A stretch of DNA of 64,000 nt, from contig WRDM01000010.1 of assembly GCA_009783465.1 (NCBI GenBank), positions 2,660 to 66,659 on the forward strand. Direction: 5' to 3'. Positions 38,384 to 47,675 of this stretch are shown here, in pieces. Source of the DNA: Phycisphaerae bacterium. Lineage in GTDB: Bacteria; Planctomycetota; Phycisphaerae; SM23-33. How positions within the stretch are numbered: the first letter of the stretch is position 1; the number at the start of each line of letters is the position of its first letter. Below the pieces are notes generated by a model. That model was not told where the DNA came from and did not search any database. It worked only from the letters and a program-made list of their open reading frames with translations. Position numbers and translations under genes: made by a program.

Positions 38384-40831
38384 ATGTTTATAAAAACCAT
38401 ACACATCGAAACCTTCGGCATTCTCCGTGACTGGTCGGTTGACCTGTCGCCGGGGCTGACGGTGTTTGTCGGGCCTAACGAGGCGGGCAAGAGCACGTTG
38501 CTGGGGTTTGTGCGGGCGATGCTGTTCGGGTTTCCGTCGCGTCGGTCGGCGGAGGTTTCGTATCCGGCATTGGGTGGCGGGCGGCTTGGCGGGCGGATCG
38601 TGCTTGGACTGACGGAGCGTGACGGCGTAGCGGTCGGCGGGGAGATGGTTGTGGAGCGGTTCGACGAGAAGCGTGGCGGGTTGTCGATCGTGTTGCCCGG
38701 CGGCGGTGAGGGTGGGGAGGAGTCGTTGCGTGCGTTGCTTGGGCAGGCGGACCGGGGGCTTTTTCAGAGTATTTTCGCGTTCAGTTTGACGGAGTTGCAG
38801 TCGTTCGCGACGTTGAACGCGGCGGGCGTGCGGGATCACATTTTTTCGGCGAGCATCGCGGGGGCGGGCCGGTCGGCGTCGGCGGTGAAGGGTCGGCTGA
38901 CGGCGGGCATGAAGGAGATTTATTCACCGGGCGGTCGTAAGCACGGTGTGGCGGCGGTTGTGGAGGAGTTGGAGTCGTTGTCGCGGCAGATCGACGAGTC
39001 GCGAGCGGCGTTGCGGCGGTACGGGTCGGTGTGCGAGGCGCAGCAGGCGTGCGAGGCGGAGATGGCGGCGTCGGCGTCGGCGGAGGAGACGCTGTGGGCC
39101 GAGCAGGGGCGGCTGGAGACGCTGCTGGCGTGCTGGCCGATTCAGACGCGCGCGGCGGACATTCGGGCGAAGCTGGCGGAGTTGTCTTCATCGACGTCGG
39201 CGGAGGAGACATTCCCTGTCGACGGTCTGGCGCGGTTGGCGGAGCGTACGGCGCGATTGGAGTCGGCCGAGCGAGCAGCCTCGGAGGCGGCGAGCGAGGA
39301 CGAGGCCGCAAGGTCGGCGGAGGATGCGGCAGCAAAATCGTTGGCGGAGGCGGACGCGGCGGGGCTGCCGGCGGACTGGGACGCGGCAGAGACGGCCTTG
39401 GCGGAGCTGCGGGCGGCGTCGGCGAGGCAGGACGAACTGGACGAGCAGTTCAAGGCGGCGCAAACGGCGTACGAGGTGGCGGTGGCGGCGGCGGAATTGT
39501 GCCGCCGCCGGTACAAAAATGCCAGCACGCGTTGGGTGGTCGGGAGTGTGGTGGTCATATCCCTGCTGGTCGCGGTGATGCCGTGGCAGGCCAGGAGTGG
39601 CAACGCGGCGGTGACGGTTCTGCTGTCCGTGGTGTTCGCGGCGTTTGTGTCGGTTGCGCTGTGGCGGCAGGCGGTGTTGAAGCGGGAGTCGGTTCCTCCG
39701 GAGGATCCGTCGACGTTGGGGCGTCGGTTGGAGGCGTTGTCGGTTCGTCGTGAGGCGGCGCGGGCGTTGGTGGCGGAGCGGTCGCGTGCGTTGGGGCTGG
39801 CGGCGGAGGCGTCGTCGGCGGAGGTGGCCGCGCTGGATCAGCGGTGGCGTGCGTGTCGGCGGGTGGCGGATCAGCGGGAGGCGCTGGCGGCTCGTGTGGC
39901 GGAGGCGGGGCGTCGGCTGGCGGCGCGGGCGGCGGAGGCCGAGCGGGCGCGGGAGGCGGTGGCGGCGTTGTTTGCGGAGGCGGGCGTGGTGGACGAACGG
40001 GCGTTTCGCGAGCGGAGCGAGATGACGCGGGCGCGGCAGGAGTTGCGGCGGGAATTGACGGCGTTGGAGTCGCAACTGACGGAGCGTCTTGGCGGCCCGT
40101 CTTCGCTTCGCTCCGTCGCGGAAGGGGCAGCGGTGTTGGAGGCGGAGTTGGTGACGGGGCAGGTGGATGGTTGGCGGGAGCGGCTTGCGGAGGCGGGCGA
40201 GGCGTTGACGCGGGCGAAGGCGCGTCACGAGCAGGCGGTGCGGGCGCATCAGGACGCCGGTCGGTCGCGGGCGGCGATGGAAGAATCGGTCGACGTGCCG
40301 ACGCTGGAGATGGTGTTGGCGTCGCGTCGGAGCGAGTTGGCGGGGTTGGTGGATCAGTGGCGTGTGCGGGCGTTGGCGCGGACGCTCGTGGAGGAGACGT
40401 TGCGGGAGTTCGTTCGTGCGCGTCAGCCGGCGGTGCTGGCGCAGGCGGCGGCGAGTTTCGAGGCCGTCACGGGCGGGGCGTATGCGCGGATCGAGCAAGA
40501 GATCGAATCGGACACGCTGACGGTGACGGATCGGCAGGGCGGTCGGAAGTCGCCCGAGCATCTCAGCCGTGGGACGGCGGAGCAGTTGTATTTGTGTTTG
40601 CGTCTTGGATTGGCGTCGGAGTTCGCGAGGCAGCGTTCGGCGTTGCCGGTGGTGATGGACGACGTGCTGGTGAACTTCGATCCGTTGCGGGCGTCGCGGA
40701 TGGCGGCGGAGCTGGTCCGGTTCGCCCGTGAGCACCAGGTGCTGTTGATGACCTGCCAGCCTGGCACGGTGTCGCTGCTTCGGGAGGCGTGCGGGGACGA
40801 GGGCGTGCGGGTGGTGGAGATGGGGCGTTAA
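38384..40831 (+). CDS. SbcC/Rad50-like SMC ATPase with TM segments (YhaN type)
   Basis: GPNEAGKST, two TM helices mid-protein, LSRGTAEQLYL, VMDDVLVNFD. Confidence 0.92.
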   Translation: MFIKTIHIETFGILRDWSVDLSPGLTVFVGPNEAGKSTLLGFVRAMLFGFPSRRSAEVSYPALGGGRLGGRIVLGLTERDGVAVGGEMVVERFDEKRGGLSIVLPGGGEGGEESLRALLGQADRGLFQSIFAFSLTELQSFATLNAAGVRDHIFSASIAGAGRSASAVKGRLTAGMKEIYSPGGRKHGVAAVVEELESLSRQIDESRAALRRYGSVCEAQQACEAEMAASASAEETLWAEQGRLETLLACWPIQTRAADIRAKLAELSSSTSAEETFPVDGLARLAERTARLESAERAASEAASEDEAARSAEDAAAKSLAEADAAGLPADWDAAETALAELRAASARQDELDEQFKAAQTAYEVAVAAAELCRRRYKNASTRWVVGSVVVISLLVAVMPWQARSGNAAVTVLLSVVFAAFVSVALWRQAVLKRESVPPEDPSTLGRRLEALSVRREAARALVAERSRALGLAAEASSAEVAALDQRWRACRRVADQREALAARVAEAGRRLAARAAEAERAREAVAALFAEAGVVDERAFRERSEMTRARQELRRELTALESQLTERLGGPSSLRSVAEGAAVLEAELVTGQVDGWRERLAEAGEALTRAKARHEQAVRAHQDAGRSRAAMEESVDVPTLEMVLASRRSELAGLVDQWRVRALARTLVEETLREFVRARQPAVLAQAAASFEAVTGGAYARIEQEIESDTLTVTDRQGGRKSPEHLSRGTAEQLYLCLRLGLASEFARQRSALPVVMDDVLVNFDPLRASRMAAELVRFAREHQVLLMTCQPGTVSLLREACGDEGVRVVEMGR

Positions 40832-40885
40832 AAAACATCGCGGCGGACACCGCCGTGGCAGGGGCATCCGCCGCTCATGTTGTTT
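40830..40885. terminator. Bidirectional terminator-like hairpin
   Basis: AAAAAACATCGCGGCGGA...TCCGCCGCTCATGTTGTTT between convergent genes. Confidence 0.6.
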
Positions 40886-40932
40886 ACCTCGTTACCGAGG
40901 TCGTCGCGGGCTTGCGCCGCGACCTGGTTGGG

Positions 40933-41004
40933 TTACTTCTTGGCTGTTTTCTTCGCGGCCTTCTTTACAGCTTTCTTCGCGGCTTTCTTCGCAGCTTTCG
41001 CCAT
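40933..41004 (-). CDS. 23-aa histone-H1-like Lys/Ala microprotein
   Basis: MAKAAKKAAKKAVKKAAKKTAKK*; SD AAAGGAGGTGA 4 nt before the ATG; absent from the ORF track. Confidence 0.75.
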   Translation of the reverse strand: MAKAAKKAAKKAVKKAAKKTAKK

Positions 41005-41251
41005 GGTGTCACCTCCTTTCGGAGTTTCCTGAGATGTCGACTCGAGTCATTCCGTGACTCGACATTTCCTATATCACGTCTTATATCACGCACGCGGATA
41101 CTTGCAAGCACATCACACATTTTTTCGTCATTTTTCGGTGAAAAAAATGAATATTTTTCTCACGTGCACACCGCGATAGAGAGGCGTCGGCATGACGGAT
41201 CGCAAAAAGATGAAAATTTATTAGGAAAATCGAATATTTTCGATGGAGGTA

Positions 41252-41290
41252 TTTTTTGCCACAGGGGCACAGAGGAGACAGAGATGGGCG
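41252..41290 (+). repeat. Family H left arm (partner at 44481-44518)
   Basis: TTTTTTGCCACAGGGGCACAGAGGAGACAGAGA. Confidence 0.65.
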
Positions 41291-41461
41291 TTTGGTGTGT
41301 GAAAAATCTTTCGCGACGGCTTGCCGTTTTGCGCTGTGGGACGTTTTACGGCGCAAAAGGCGAACCGTCGCGAAACTTTTTTCGTTCGTGAGCGTCTCAT
41401 TCCGTGTATCCTCAGATACGATTGTGGAAAAAACCGTCGGTTTCTTGCGGGAGAAAACACC

Positions 41462-43972
41462 ATGACGTTCAACCGGGTTTTTGCGGCAGCGATGGCGTGC
41501 GCGGTGGCGGCCTGGTGTATCGACGCCTCGCGGGCCGATACGCAGCAAGCCGACATGGCCACGACGGCACCGACGACGATGACAGCATCGGCCACCGCCA
41601 CCGCGCCAACCACTCAACCCGCGCCGCTTCCGGACTGTCTGACCGACGACGAGCGGCTGTTGGCCCAACAACTCGACCAGCGCGTCGTCCAACTGCTGGC
41701 ACTGCTGGGCGCCAAGCCAAATCCCGACACGATGGTAATTCAGGCCCCCGTTCTTCCCGACCATTTCCCGCCGCCAGGCAGCAACGAGCTTATTCCCGAC
41801 ACGAAGGACGGGGCCGATCAGAACGCCACCCTGGTTGCCTTGTTCTCACAGCTCGAGGGCGATTTCGTGCCCCGCGAGTTCGGCGATCAGCACGCCGCCC
41901 GGGCCGCCTTGCTGGCGATGCACGATGCCTTCGCGATGAGCCTGATCCGCCACCTCGACGACGATGCCAACGCCAAGCCCGCCGCCACCGCTGAAATCCG
42001 CGCGCGGATCACCGATACGCTGGCGAAAACCGCCCGGCAAACACGCGAAGCCGTCATGCTTTCCTGTCTCTCCGCCGACCAGCGCGAGGCGCTCGAGGAA
42101 CTCCGCCGACTCCAGCCGCGACTGCACGCCGATGCCCTCAGCAATGATCTCGACCGCCGCCGCACCGCCATCAAAGCCCTGGCCGACAAAAACATCCCGC
42201 TGGCCCAGGCAGAGCCGCTGCTGATCTTGACGCTACAATCGGAACAATGGTGGCAACTCCGGCCCGTCGTGATCGAGACTATCCACATCGGCAAATACCG
42301 CAGCAACGAACTGGAAGACACCCTGGTGCACCTGGCGTTCCAGAGTCCCTGGTTCAACAAAGGAGCTTGCGGCCTGCTGCGATCCTGGAAGTCCACTCGC
42401 GTCACGCCACGCCTGCTGGCCGTCATGAAACGGAACAACGCCCGATCGGACAATACCCCCTCGGGCGTTCTCGTGGAATTGCTTGCCGACCTCAACGATC
42501 CTCGCGCCATTCCCGTGTTGATGGCCATGTTCGAAGAGGCCTCGACAAAGGTCGAACGAACCGCAACCCTCGGAGAAAAAACATACACCTTGTCGAATGC
42601 CGACGCGCCGCTCTACCTCTTGATCCGCCTGACGGGCCAGTCGCCCGACGACTACAACGTGACTCCGATGGCGGAATATTATCACGAGGCCATGAGACAA
42701 TGGGGCGGTTGGGACGGCTGGGTTACGGACGAAACGTACGGCTTTCTCGCGGGTCCAAGCCGCCAGGAGGCCATCGACAAGTTCAAGGCTTGGTACGCCA
42801 AAAACAAGGGCCGCTACGCGAACCTCCCGGCGATGGAACTGCCGGACGCGGACGCCAGGCCCCGGTATTTCGTCATGAATTCCTGGGCTTGGGCGGGCAA
42901 GCGGTTCGGTCTGGAACAATCTCTGGCGTCTCGGACGGACGTTCCCGCCACGCTGTGCGAGGCGATTGAGCAGGCCGTGGCGAAGATTGTGCCGGATCTG
43001 GATGCCGCCTCGCCGGCGGCACGAACGCGGGCACAGGACCGCCTGCTGGTCCTGCACGACCGGCTGACGGCGCCGCTGATCGACGCCGCCCGCGGACAGA
43101 CTGACCATGACGACCCCGGTGCCCGCTTCCTGCTGCAATACATGGCCGCGTTGTCCGAGGGCCTGTCCCACGCCGCCACGCTGGACGGCCCGGCACGGGA
43201 AAAACTGCTCCGATTCCGCGCCGAGCAGGGTTGGCTCTTTCGCCTGTACTTTTCGATGGACGACTCCAACCAAGACGTAGCGCTCAGCCAGTTGGCTCAC
43301 GTCAAAGACCCCGACGCAAACGCCGAGCCGCTGGTGGTCCTGGCGCTGCGGAGCGAAAATTCGGAGATCTTCCAGCAGGCCTGCCGCATCATCACCACGA
43401 AGAAGTACCGCGGCCCGCAGATCGTCGACCGGCTTTGCAAGGCCGTCGCCACCGGCAAAATGGACCGCCACGCCGAATACGCCGCCGCCAAGGTCCTGGG
43501 CGTTCTCAATGACCCGAACACAACCCCTCTGCTGCTGGAACGGCTCAGGGAACGGGCATCGCCAGCCGACTCGTGGTATGTGATGGGGGGGAGGCTCGCC
43601 GCCGTGTATTCCGACGCGATGGTGGCGATGCAGGATCGGCGGCTGATTCCCGTGCTGGTCGAACGGTTGAGCCAGGACAGCAAGATCAGCAACCTGAACA
43701 GTACACGCACCATGACGTACTGTGTGAACGATTACTATCTATACATCCTGTTGCGGCTGACGGGACAATCGCCGGAGGACTATCAACTCCTGCCCGCCGG
43801 CAGGAACGTCGTACTGCCCGAAAGCGACGACGCGCCGCCGGGATTTCTCGAGGAGGCCAACACGGACAAAAACGCCCGCGCCGCCGCGTACGAGAAAATG
43901 CAGCAATGGTGGGCCGAGCATAAGGATCAGCCGCCGTACAAGGATCTCGAACCGCTGCCGACGGCGGAGTGA
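41462..43972 (+). CDS. Exported HEAT-repeat-like protein with internal duplication
   Basis: Signal peptide; halves end LYLLIRLTGQSPDDY...KFKAWY and LYILLRLTGQSPEDY...KMQQWW. Confidence 0.75.
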   Translation: MTFNRVFAAAMACAVAAWCIDASRADTQQADMATTAPTTMTASATATAPTTQPAPLPDCLTDDERLLAQQLDQRVVQLLALLGAKPNPDTMVIQAPVLPDHFPPPGSNELIPDTKDGADQNATLVALFSQLEGDFVPREFGDQHAARAALLAMHDAFAMSLIRHLDDDANAKPAATAEIRARITDTLAKTARQTREAVMLSCLSADQREALEELRRLQPRLHADALSNDLDRRRTAIKALADKNIPLAQAEPLLILTLQSEQWWQLRPVVIETIHIGKYRSNELEDTLVHLAFQSPWFNKGACGLLRSWKSTRVTPRLLAVMKRNNARSDNTPSGVLVELLADLNDPRAIPVLMAMFEEASTKVERTATLGEKTYTLSNADAPLYLLIRLTGQSPDDYNVTPMAEYYHEAMRQWGGWDGWVTDETYGFLAGPSRQEAIDKFKAWYAKNKGRYANLPAMELPDADARPRYFVMNSWAWAGKRFGLEQSLASRTDVPATLCEAIEQAVAKIVPDLDAASPAARTRAQDRLLVLHDRLTAPLIDAARGQTDHDDPGARFLLQYMAALSEGLSHAATLDGPAREKLLRFRAEQGWLFRLYFSMDDSNQDVALSQLAHVKDPDANAEPLVVLALRSENSEIFQQACRIITTKKYRGPQIVDRLCKAVATGKMDRHAEYAAAKVLGVLNDPNTTPLLLERLRERASPADSWYVMGGRLAAVYSDAMVAMQDRRLIPVLVERLSQDSKISNLNSTRTMTYCVNDYYLYILLRLTGQSPEDYQLLPAGRNVVLPESDDAPPGFLEEANTDKNARAAAYEKMQQWWAEHKDQPPYKDLEPLPTAE

Positions 43973-44065
43973 TCGCATCAATCATGTGTGAGCGACCTTC
44001 TTTTCTGGCAACGGTACGGGGCGATTAAGTCATACGGCTGGACGTTCAAAAGACTGGAGTTTCCA

Positions 44066-44403
44066 AGCCCCGGCAGGGGCGTCTTGGGTAGCCCAGGGTG
44101 AGCGGTACTCCGCGAACCCTGGGAACGGAGTTTTTTCTCATCCACAAATCATGCCTGACGCCACTGGCCGAGGTCACGCACGCGGGCCTGTACGGCTTCG
44201 AACGACGCGAACAGCAGGGAATGTGTGTGTCGTTCGATGCCGCCTTCCCGTGACGGTGCGACCTCGGCCAGTGGCGTCAGGCATGATGAAAGAATTCGCA
44301 AAACGTCTGGTCCCAGGGTTCGCGGAGTACCGCTCACCCTGGGCTACCCAAGACGCCCCTTCCGGGGCTGTGTGCCGGCACTCCAACGCGAGGCCGGGGA
44401 GGA
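44066..44403. repeat. Family C palindrome
   Basis: AGCCCCGGCAGGGGCGTCTTGGGTAGCCCAGGGTGAGCGGTACTCCGCGAACCCTGGG mirrored at 44312-44369. Confidence 0.9.
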
Positions 44404-44480
44404 ACCATTTTTCGTGCGGAACGTTTTACAATGTAAAAAGGCAGAGCCATCGCGAAATATTTTTCATATACCATGTGCCC

Positions 44481-44518
44481 CTCCTCTCTACGTCCTCTGT
44501 GTTTCTGTGGTAAAAAAA
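44481..44518 (-). repeat. Family H right arm
   Basis: CTCTCTACGTCCTCTGTGTTTCTGTGGTAAAAAAA. Confidence 0.65.
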
Positions 44519-44521
44519 CGT

Positions 44522-45256
44522 TCACTCCACCAATCGTCCGTCGAGGAGGTGGAGGACGTGGTCGGCTTGTTCGGCGATGGTGGCGTCGTGGGTGACCATG
44601 AGGATGGTTTGGCCCAGTTCGCGGTTGGTTTTGCGGAGGACGTCGAGAATTTGCCGGCCTGTGTTGGAGTCGAGGTTGCCGGTCGGTTCGTCGGCGAGCA
44701 GGATTTTCGGTTGGTTGATGAGGGCCCGCGCGATGGCGACGCGTTGGCGTTCGCCTCCGGAGAGTTCCTTGGGTTTGTGCGAGAGTCGGCCTCCCAGGCC
44801 CAGGCGGTCCAGGAGCGTGGCGGCGCGTTTTCGCTGTTGGCCTCGTTGGGCGAGCCAGCCGAGCGTCGAGTGGTCCACCATGGCGGCCAGCGCGACGTTT
44901 TCCAGCACGTTCAGCTCCGACAGCAGGTGGTAGAATTGGAAGACGAATCCGATGTCGCGGCAGCGCATGCGGTGTCGCTGCCCGCTCGAAAGCGTCGCCG
45001 CCGCCCGGCTGTCGAGCGTGATCTCGCCCTCGTCGGGCTTGTCCAGCAGGCCGATCAAATGCAGCAGCGTGCTCTTGCCGCTTCCGCTGGCGCCAACCAT
45101 GGCCACGAACTGCCCCTTGCGAACCGACAAACTCACGCCCCGCAGCACCGGCAACGTCGTTTTGCCGAGATGATACGTTTTATGCAAATCCCGCACGACA
45201 ACGGCGGCGTTGGTTGGGGCGGGGTTGTTTATTTTTTTGCCGATGGTGAACCTCAC
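44522..45256 (-). CDS. lolD: Lipoprotein-release ABC ATPase, LolD-like
   Basis: GASGSGKST, FVFQFYHL, LSGGERQR, ADEPTGNLD. Confidence 0.9.
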   Translation of the reverse strand: MRFTIGKKINNPAPTNAAVVVRDLHKTYHLGKTTLPVLRGVSLSVRKGQFVAMVGASGSGKSTLLHLIGLLDKPDEGEITLDSRAAATLSSGQRHRMRCRDIGFVFQFYHLLSELNVLENVALAAMVDHSTLGWLAQRGQQRKRAATLLDRLGLGGRLSHKPKELSGGERQRVAIARALINQPKILLADEPTGNLDSNTGRQILDVLRKTNRELGQTILMVTHDATIAEQADHVLHLLDGRLVE

Positions 45257-45267
45257 TCAATATCAAA

Positions 45268-45459
45268 AAGCCAATAGCCAGTAGCCAATAGCCAGCAGGG
45301 CTTGCGGTGCATTTTTGTAAAATCGCACATTACGCTGGCGAGAGTGGTCTTGATACTTCGCGGACTCAAAGGCCGGTATCATATTTACACCGTCAATCTG
45401 CTCTGATTTACAGAAATTTTTTCCATACCTATTGGCTACTGGCTGATGGCTATTGGCTC
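45268..45459. repeat. Family A element
   Basis: AGCCAATAGCCAGTAGCCAATAGCCAG ... TACCTATTGGCTACTGGCTGATGGCTATTGGCT. Confidence 0.88.
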
Positions 45460-45464
45460 GTTTT

Positions 45465-47486
45465 TTATTCATATCTCAATGCCCTCACCGGTTGCATGTG
45501 GCTGGCGATGATGGCGGGGATCAGCGATCCCAGCAGGCCGGCGATGATGGCGCCAACGGCGATCGACAGCAGCGAGGACGCGTCGACCTGTGCGGGGATT
45601 TCGTCGAACATGAACCACTCGCGATTCCACACGTGGAAGCCGTACGTCCGCCCGACCCAGTCGTGGATGGCGTTGATGTGCTTGACGAACTGCCAGCCTC
45701 CGAGGATGCCCAGGACGGCGCCAATCAGTCCGGTGGCTCCGCCGTATCCCAGGAAAATGGAGGCCACGCCCATACTGGATCCGCCGAGGCTTTTGATGAC
45801 GCCGATGTCCTTGGTCTTTTGCAGGACGATCATGTAGAAGATGACGAAAATCAGCACGACGGCGACGGAGCTGATGACGGCGAACATGATGACGACGAGG
45901 GTGCGCTGGCTTTGGATCTGCCCGACGAGGAACCGCTGCCGCTCCCGCCAACTGGAGGCGCGGAGTTCGGTGCCGGCGAACCCGGCTGCGTATCGGGGGT
46001 CGTTGCGAAGCTCCATACCGATGCGTTGGATGTCGGCGGCGACTTCGTCCAGCGCGTCGCGCAGGCGCGGTTCCATGCCCAGTCGAACGGCCAGCCGGCT
46101 GTTGGCGCGCTCGCGGGCCTGGGCGAACGCGGGCCTGACTTTGACGTGAATCTGGCTGGTGCGTGCGGGCCGGGCGATTCGTCCGGTCTCGTCGTCGATT
46201 TGCGGCCCCATTTTGTTGATTTTCTGGAGCGTTTCGAAGGGCAGATAAACCGTGTTGGCGTCGACGGTGGAGACGTCGGTGCGGCTTTCGTCGATGATGG
46301 TGAAGACGTCCCGCACGAGCAGGTTGCCGGTGAGGCTTTTTTCGCCGAACGGAATGAGCGTCAGCACGATGTCGTTGCCCGGCCCTGCCATGCGGACGAC
46401 CGTGCCGTCCTCGGTGCGGAAGATGAATCCCGGCAGCCCCAGCCCGACAATCGCGCGTCGCCCCGGCGGCTGAAAGGGAAACGACACGTCGCCGGCGTAG
46501 CGGTCGGACCCCGCCATCTCGGTCAACCGATTGAGTTGCTCCCGCAGCGCGTCCTCTTTGGTTTTGACGGTGAGTCCGTCGTCGTTCCCGGACGCGTCGC
46601 CCTCGGCAGGCTCATCGGCGGTGCCGTCGGCGATGGCCTGGTTGATCTGTCGCTCCAACTCCGCCATCTGGGCCTGATACGGCTTGGCGCGGACGAGAAT
46701 CTCCTCCATGTCCCGCTGCTGAAAGGCCGCCGTGTAGAGATTGCGCAGTGGAATGGTCACGTTGGGGTCGGGCGAGCCGAGGTAGCTGAACAACGCGTAG
46801 ATGACGATGGCGCTTCGGCCTTCGAGGCGGTCGCGCTGTTCGGGCGGCTGTTTTCGCCAGACGGTTCCCAGGCGGTCGTTCTGTTCGGGCGAGAGACTGC
46901 CCCAGGCATCTTCGAAGCGGTCGCGCTGCGGGGGCGGCAATTGTTTCCATGCGTTTTCGAGCCGGTCGTACAGGCCTTTGTCTCGCGCGACGTCGCGGGC
47001 GAGGCGGTCGGTCTGGTGGATCTGCCGGCGGATGTTTTCCAGCAGGTGTTCGAGAGGCGGATCGAACGTCGGCTGGTCGATGTCGCCCTGGTACGTCAGC
47101 CCCTGGCCGAACGCGCTGATGCGCGTGTGCTCGGGCAATCGGATGCCGGCGATCTGCACGGTCTGGCGGCTGTTGGCGCTGAAGAACGGCGCCTCCAGCA
47201 GGCCGTACGTCAGAATGAACGGCGAGGCATCCTCGACTTTGTCGGGAAGCTGGCGTTTGATTTCGGCGATGAGCTCGTCGTAGTAGGGCAGGCCGTCGAG
47301 GGATTTGCCGTCGACGACGACGTCGCCGTACAGCCCCTTGGCGGCCACCTCGATCTTCGACACAAACCCGTCCATCACGCTGATGGAAACCACCAGCATA
47401 AACACGCACAACGCCACCGCGATCACGGCCGCCCAGGCCGCGAACCGACGTCGAAGATAGCGGAAGCAGAGGAATAGTTTATACAT
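45465..47486 (-). CDS. LolC/E-like permease with large periplasmic insertions
   Basis: MYKLFLCFRYL, SVMDGF, KTKDIGVIKSLG, PVRALRYE. Confidence 0.88.
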   Translation of the reverse strand: MYKLFLCFRYLRRRFAAWAAVIAVALCVFMLVVSISVMDGFVSKIEVAAKGLYGDVVVDGKSLDGLPYYDELIAEIKRQLPDKVEDASPFILTYGLLEAPFFSANSRQTVQIAGIRLPEHTRISAFGQGLTYQGDIDQPTFDPPLEHLLENIRRQIHQTDRLARDVARDKGLYDRLENAWKQLPPPQRDRFEDAWGSLSPEQNDRLGTVWRKQPPEQRDRLEGRSAIVIYALFSYLGSPDPNVTIPLRNLYTAAFQQRDMEEILVRAKPYQAQMAELERQINQAIADGTADEPAEGDASGNDDGLTVKTKEDALREQLNRLTEMAGSDRYAGDVSFPFQPPGRRAIVGLGLPGFIFRTEDGTVVRMAGPGNDIVLTLIPFGEKSLTGNLLVRDVFTIIDESRTDVSTVDANTVYLPFETLQKINKMGPQIDDETGRIARPARTSQIHVKVRPAFAQARERANSRLAVRLGMEPRLRDALDEVAADIQRIGMELRNDPRYAAGFAGTELRASSWRERQRFLVGQIQSQRTLVVIMFAVISSVAVVLIFVIFYMIVLQKTKDIGVIKSLGGSSMGVASIFLGYGGATGLIGAVLGILGGWQFVKHINAIHDWVGRTYGFHVWNREWFMFDEIPAQVDASSLLSIAVGAIIAGLLGSLIPAIIASHMQPVRALRYE

Positions 47487-47498
47487 TGCGTATCTCAG

Positions 47499-47675
47499 AG
47501 AGCCACAAGCCACTAGCCACAAGCCACCAGGTATGGTCTGGTTTGTCATCAACCAAGCCACACTGACGGTGTAACGAACTTCGAGTCAGCGAAGCATCGA
47601 GACCACTCTCTCGAACGTGGTGTTCCATTTTGTCACCACGCTTCGCAAGCCCTGGTGGCTTGTGGCTGGTGGCTC
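47499..47675. repeat. Family A element abutting the lysS stop
   Basis: AGCCACAAGCCACTAGCCACAAGCCACCAGG ... CCTGGTGGCTTGTGGCTGGTGGCT. Confidence 0.88.
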
